Source: an uncultured marine group III euryarchaeote (lineage in GTDB: Archaea; Thermoplasmatota; Poseidoniia; MGIII; CG-Epi1). From it: DNA of 64,000 bases. Under the pieces are notes generated by a model. It was given only the letters and a program-made list of their open reading frames with translations. It made no database searches and was not told the origin of the DNA. Positions 63,106 to 64,000 of the stretch are shown in pieces. Every line of letters starts with the position of its first letter. Positions within the stretch are counted from its first letter, which is position 1. The translations under genes were made by a program, and so were the position numbers. The stretch is taken from positions 19,048 through 83,047 of the forward strand of contig CACALG010000001.1 in the NCBI GenBank assembly GCA_902533295.1. The letters run 5' to 3'.

Positions 63106-64000
63106 TTATATAGCTAAAGAACCCATAGGATCCCAAGGAGGAAGACCTATTGGTTCAGTATTGTATAAATCTACTAATTTTTTTGTAAGATGCTTTTTGT
63201 GAACCACTACTTCATACATGAATTGATCAAACCACGGATCTGTCATAATGTCATATCCTTTTTCACCATGATCTGCCCCCCAACTATTCTCTACTCTCCA
63301 CTTGACAGGACTATTATTTTTCAAATCAACGCCTGTGAACAACATTGCATGCGTCATAACACTGTCACCATAATCTAGCCTTTCAGCCTTATCCATTCCA
63401 AAAGTAGTACCAAAGAACTTATCAAACTCAAATAAATTAGTATCCATTACTCCAAACTCACGTGTAAAGAATTTACCTACATCACACCCAAACCATACTG
63501 GATCATCGGCCTTAATCGACTTTATGGTATATTTTTTCAATTCTTCATTTTCCAAATTAAGATATCTAATTATATTTCCACCATAAACATTTCCTAAATA
63601 TTCTACAGTATATGTTTTGTTATATTCAGTGAATTGCCTTGGATCATTAATTAAACAGACGAAATCATTTAAATCAATATCAACATGTTTTTTGAAAAAC
63701 GTTTGAGGAGTCAAATCTGTAAATCTCCTGAATTTATCCTTCTTGTCCCGTATGGACCAATCAAATTTCTCAGGAGGAGTTCCCAAACTAATACACAACA
63801 TTTGATATACTATTGAAAGCATCTCATCCTTCATTTTGGATACCTCAGCCTTGGATTTTCCTTTATTCACGGCAGCTCTGAGTTCTTTAGCGCTCTCACG
63901 TAATTTTCTAGTTATTAGCTTGTTCATTTGAGCTGAATGACTGCTATGAAAACTTTCAGCCATCAATTTTTTGGGAACTGTGCCATATTTCATCAATAAA
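63106..64000 (-). CDS. pepC: aminopeptidase C / bleomycin-hydrolase-like C1 cysteine peptidase (C-terminal ~296 aa; N-terminus lies beyond the window end)
   Basis: Collinear with the C-terminal part of PepC/BLMH (KYGTVPKKLMAESFHSSHSAQMNKLITRKLRE; NSWG...KGY). The frame is open to nt 64000, so the catalytic-Cys region must be upstream of the window. Confidence 0.7.
   Translation of the reverse strand, partial: LLMKYGTVPKKLMAESFHSSHSAQMNKLITRKLRESAKELRAAVNKGKSKAEVSKMKDEMLSIVYQMLCISLGTPPEKFDWSIRDKKDKFRRFTDLTPQTFFKKHVDIDLNDFVCLINDPRQFTEYNKTYTVEYLGNVYGGNIIRYLNLENEELKKYTIKSIKADDPVWFGCDVGKFFTREFGVMDTNLFEFDKFFGTTFGMDKAERLDYGDSVMTHAMLFTGVDLKNNSPVKWRVENSWGADHGEKGYDIMTDPWFDQFMYEVVVHKKHLTKKLVDLYNTEPIGLPPWDPMGSLAI

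Overview
AT-rich (about one-third GC) archaeal chromosomal segment. It carries a stand-alone 16S rRNA gene with no 23S rRNA or spacer tRNA in this window, plus two tRNAs: tRNA-Val, and tRNA-Trp with a ~96-nt intron carrying box C/D-like motifs. The protein-coding content is mostly archaeal housekeeping: aRF1, archaeal-type AspRS, SRP54, ribosomal protein L15e, archaeal GAPDH, EndA, a GINS-like subunit, a Fap7-like kinase, and de novo purine/pyrimidine enzymes. This archaeal assignment rests on that gene content; a marine Thermoplasmatota (Marine Group II/III-like) origin is only a guess from the unlinked 16S and giant surface proteins. Accessory content includes three very large secreted surface proteins of 1735, 1720 and 854 aa with BNR/Asp-box, beta-helix and Ig-like repeats and C-terminal membrane anchors, plus a 777-aa thioredoxin-motif surface protein. 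Two of these surface proteins share a Roadblock/LC7-like cytoplasmic tail domain. The most unusual locus is a tightly coupled pair at 42239..47243. It is a McrB-family AAA+ GTPase whose N-terminus is a zinc ribbon plus about 9 transmembrane helices, followed by a long McrC-like PD-(D/E)xK protein with a very acidic tail. This looks like a membrane-embedded McrBC-like system. Other notable loci are a MacB/FtsX-type ABC transporter cluster interrupted by at least three frameshifts, all at poly-A runs, and a permease with a pentapeptide-repeat insert. An EndA gene has its N-terminal domain encoded upstream of any canonical start codon. A three-gene coiled-coil operon at 57588..60100 contains a protein built from a ~516-bp tandem duplication. 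No CRISPR array, integrase or obvious mobile element was seen.
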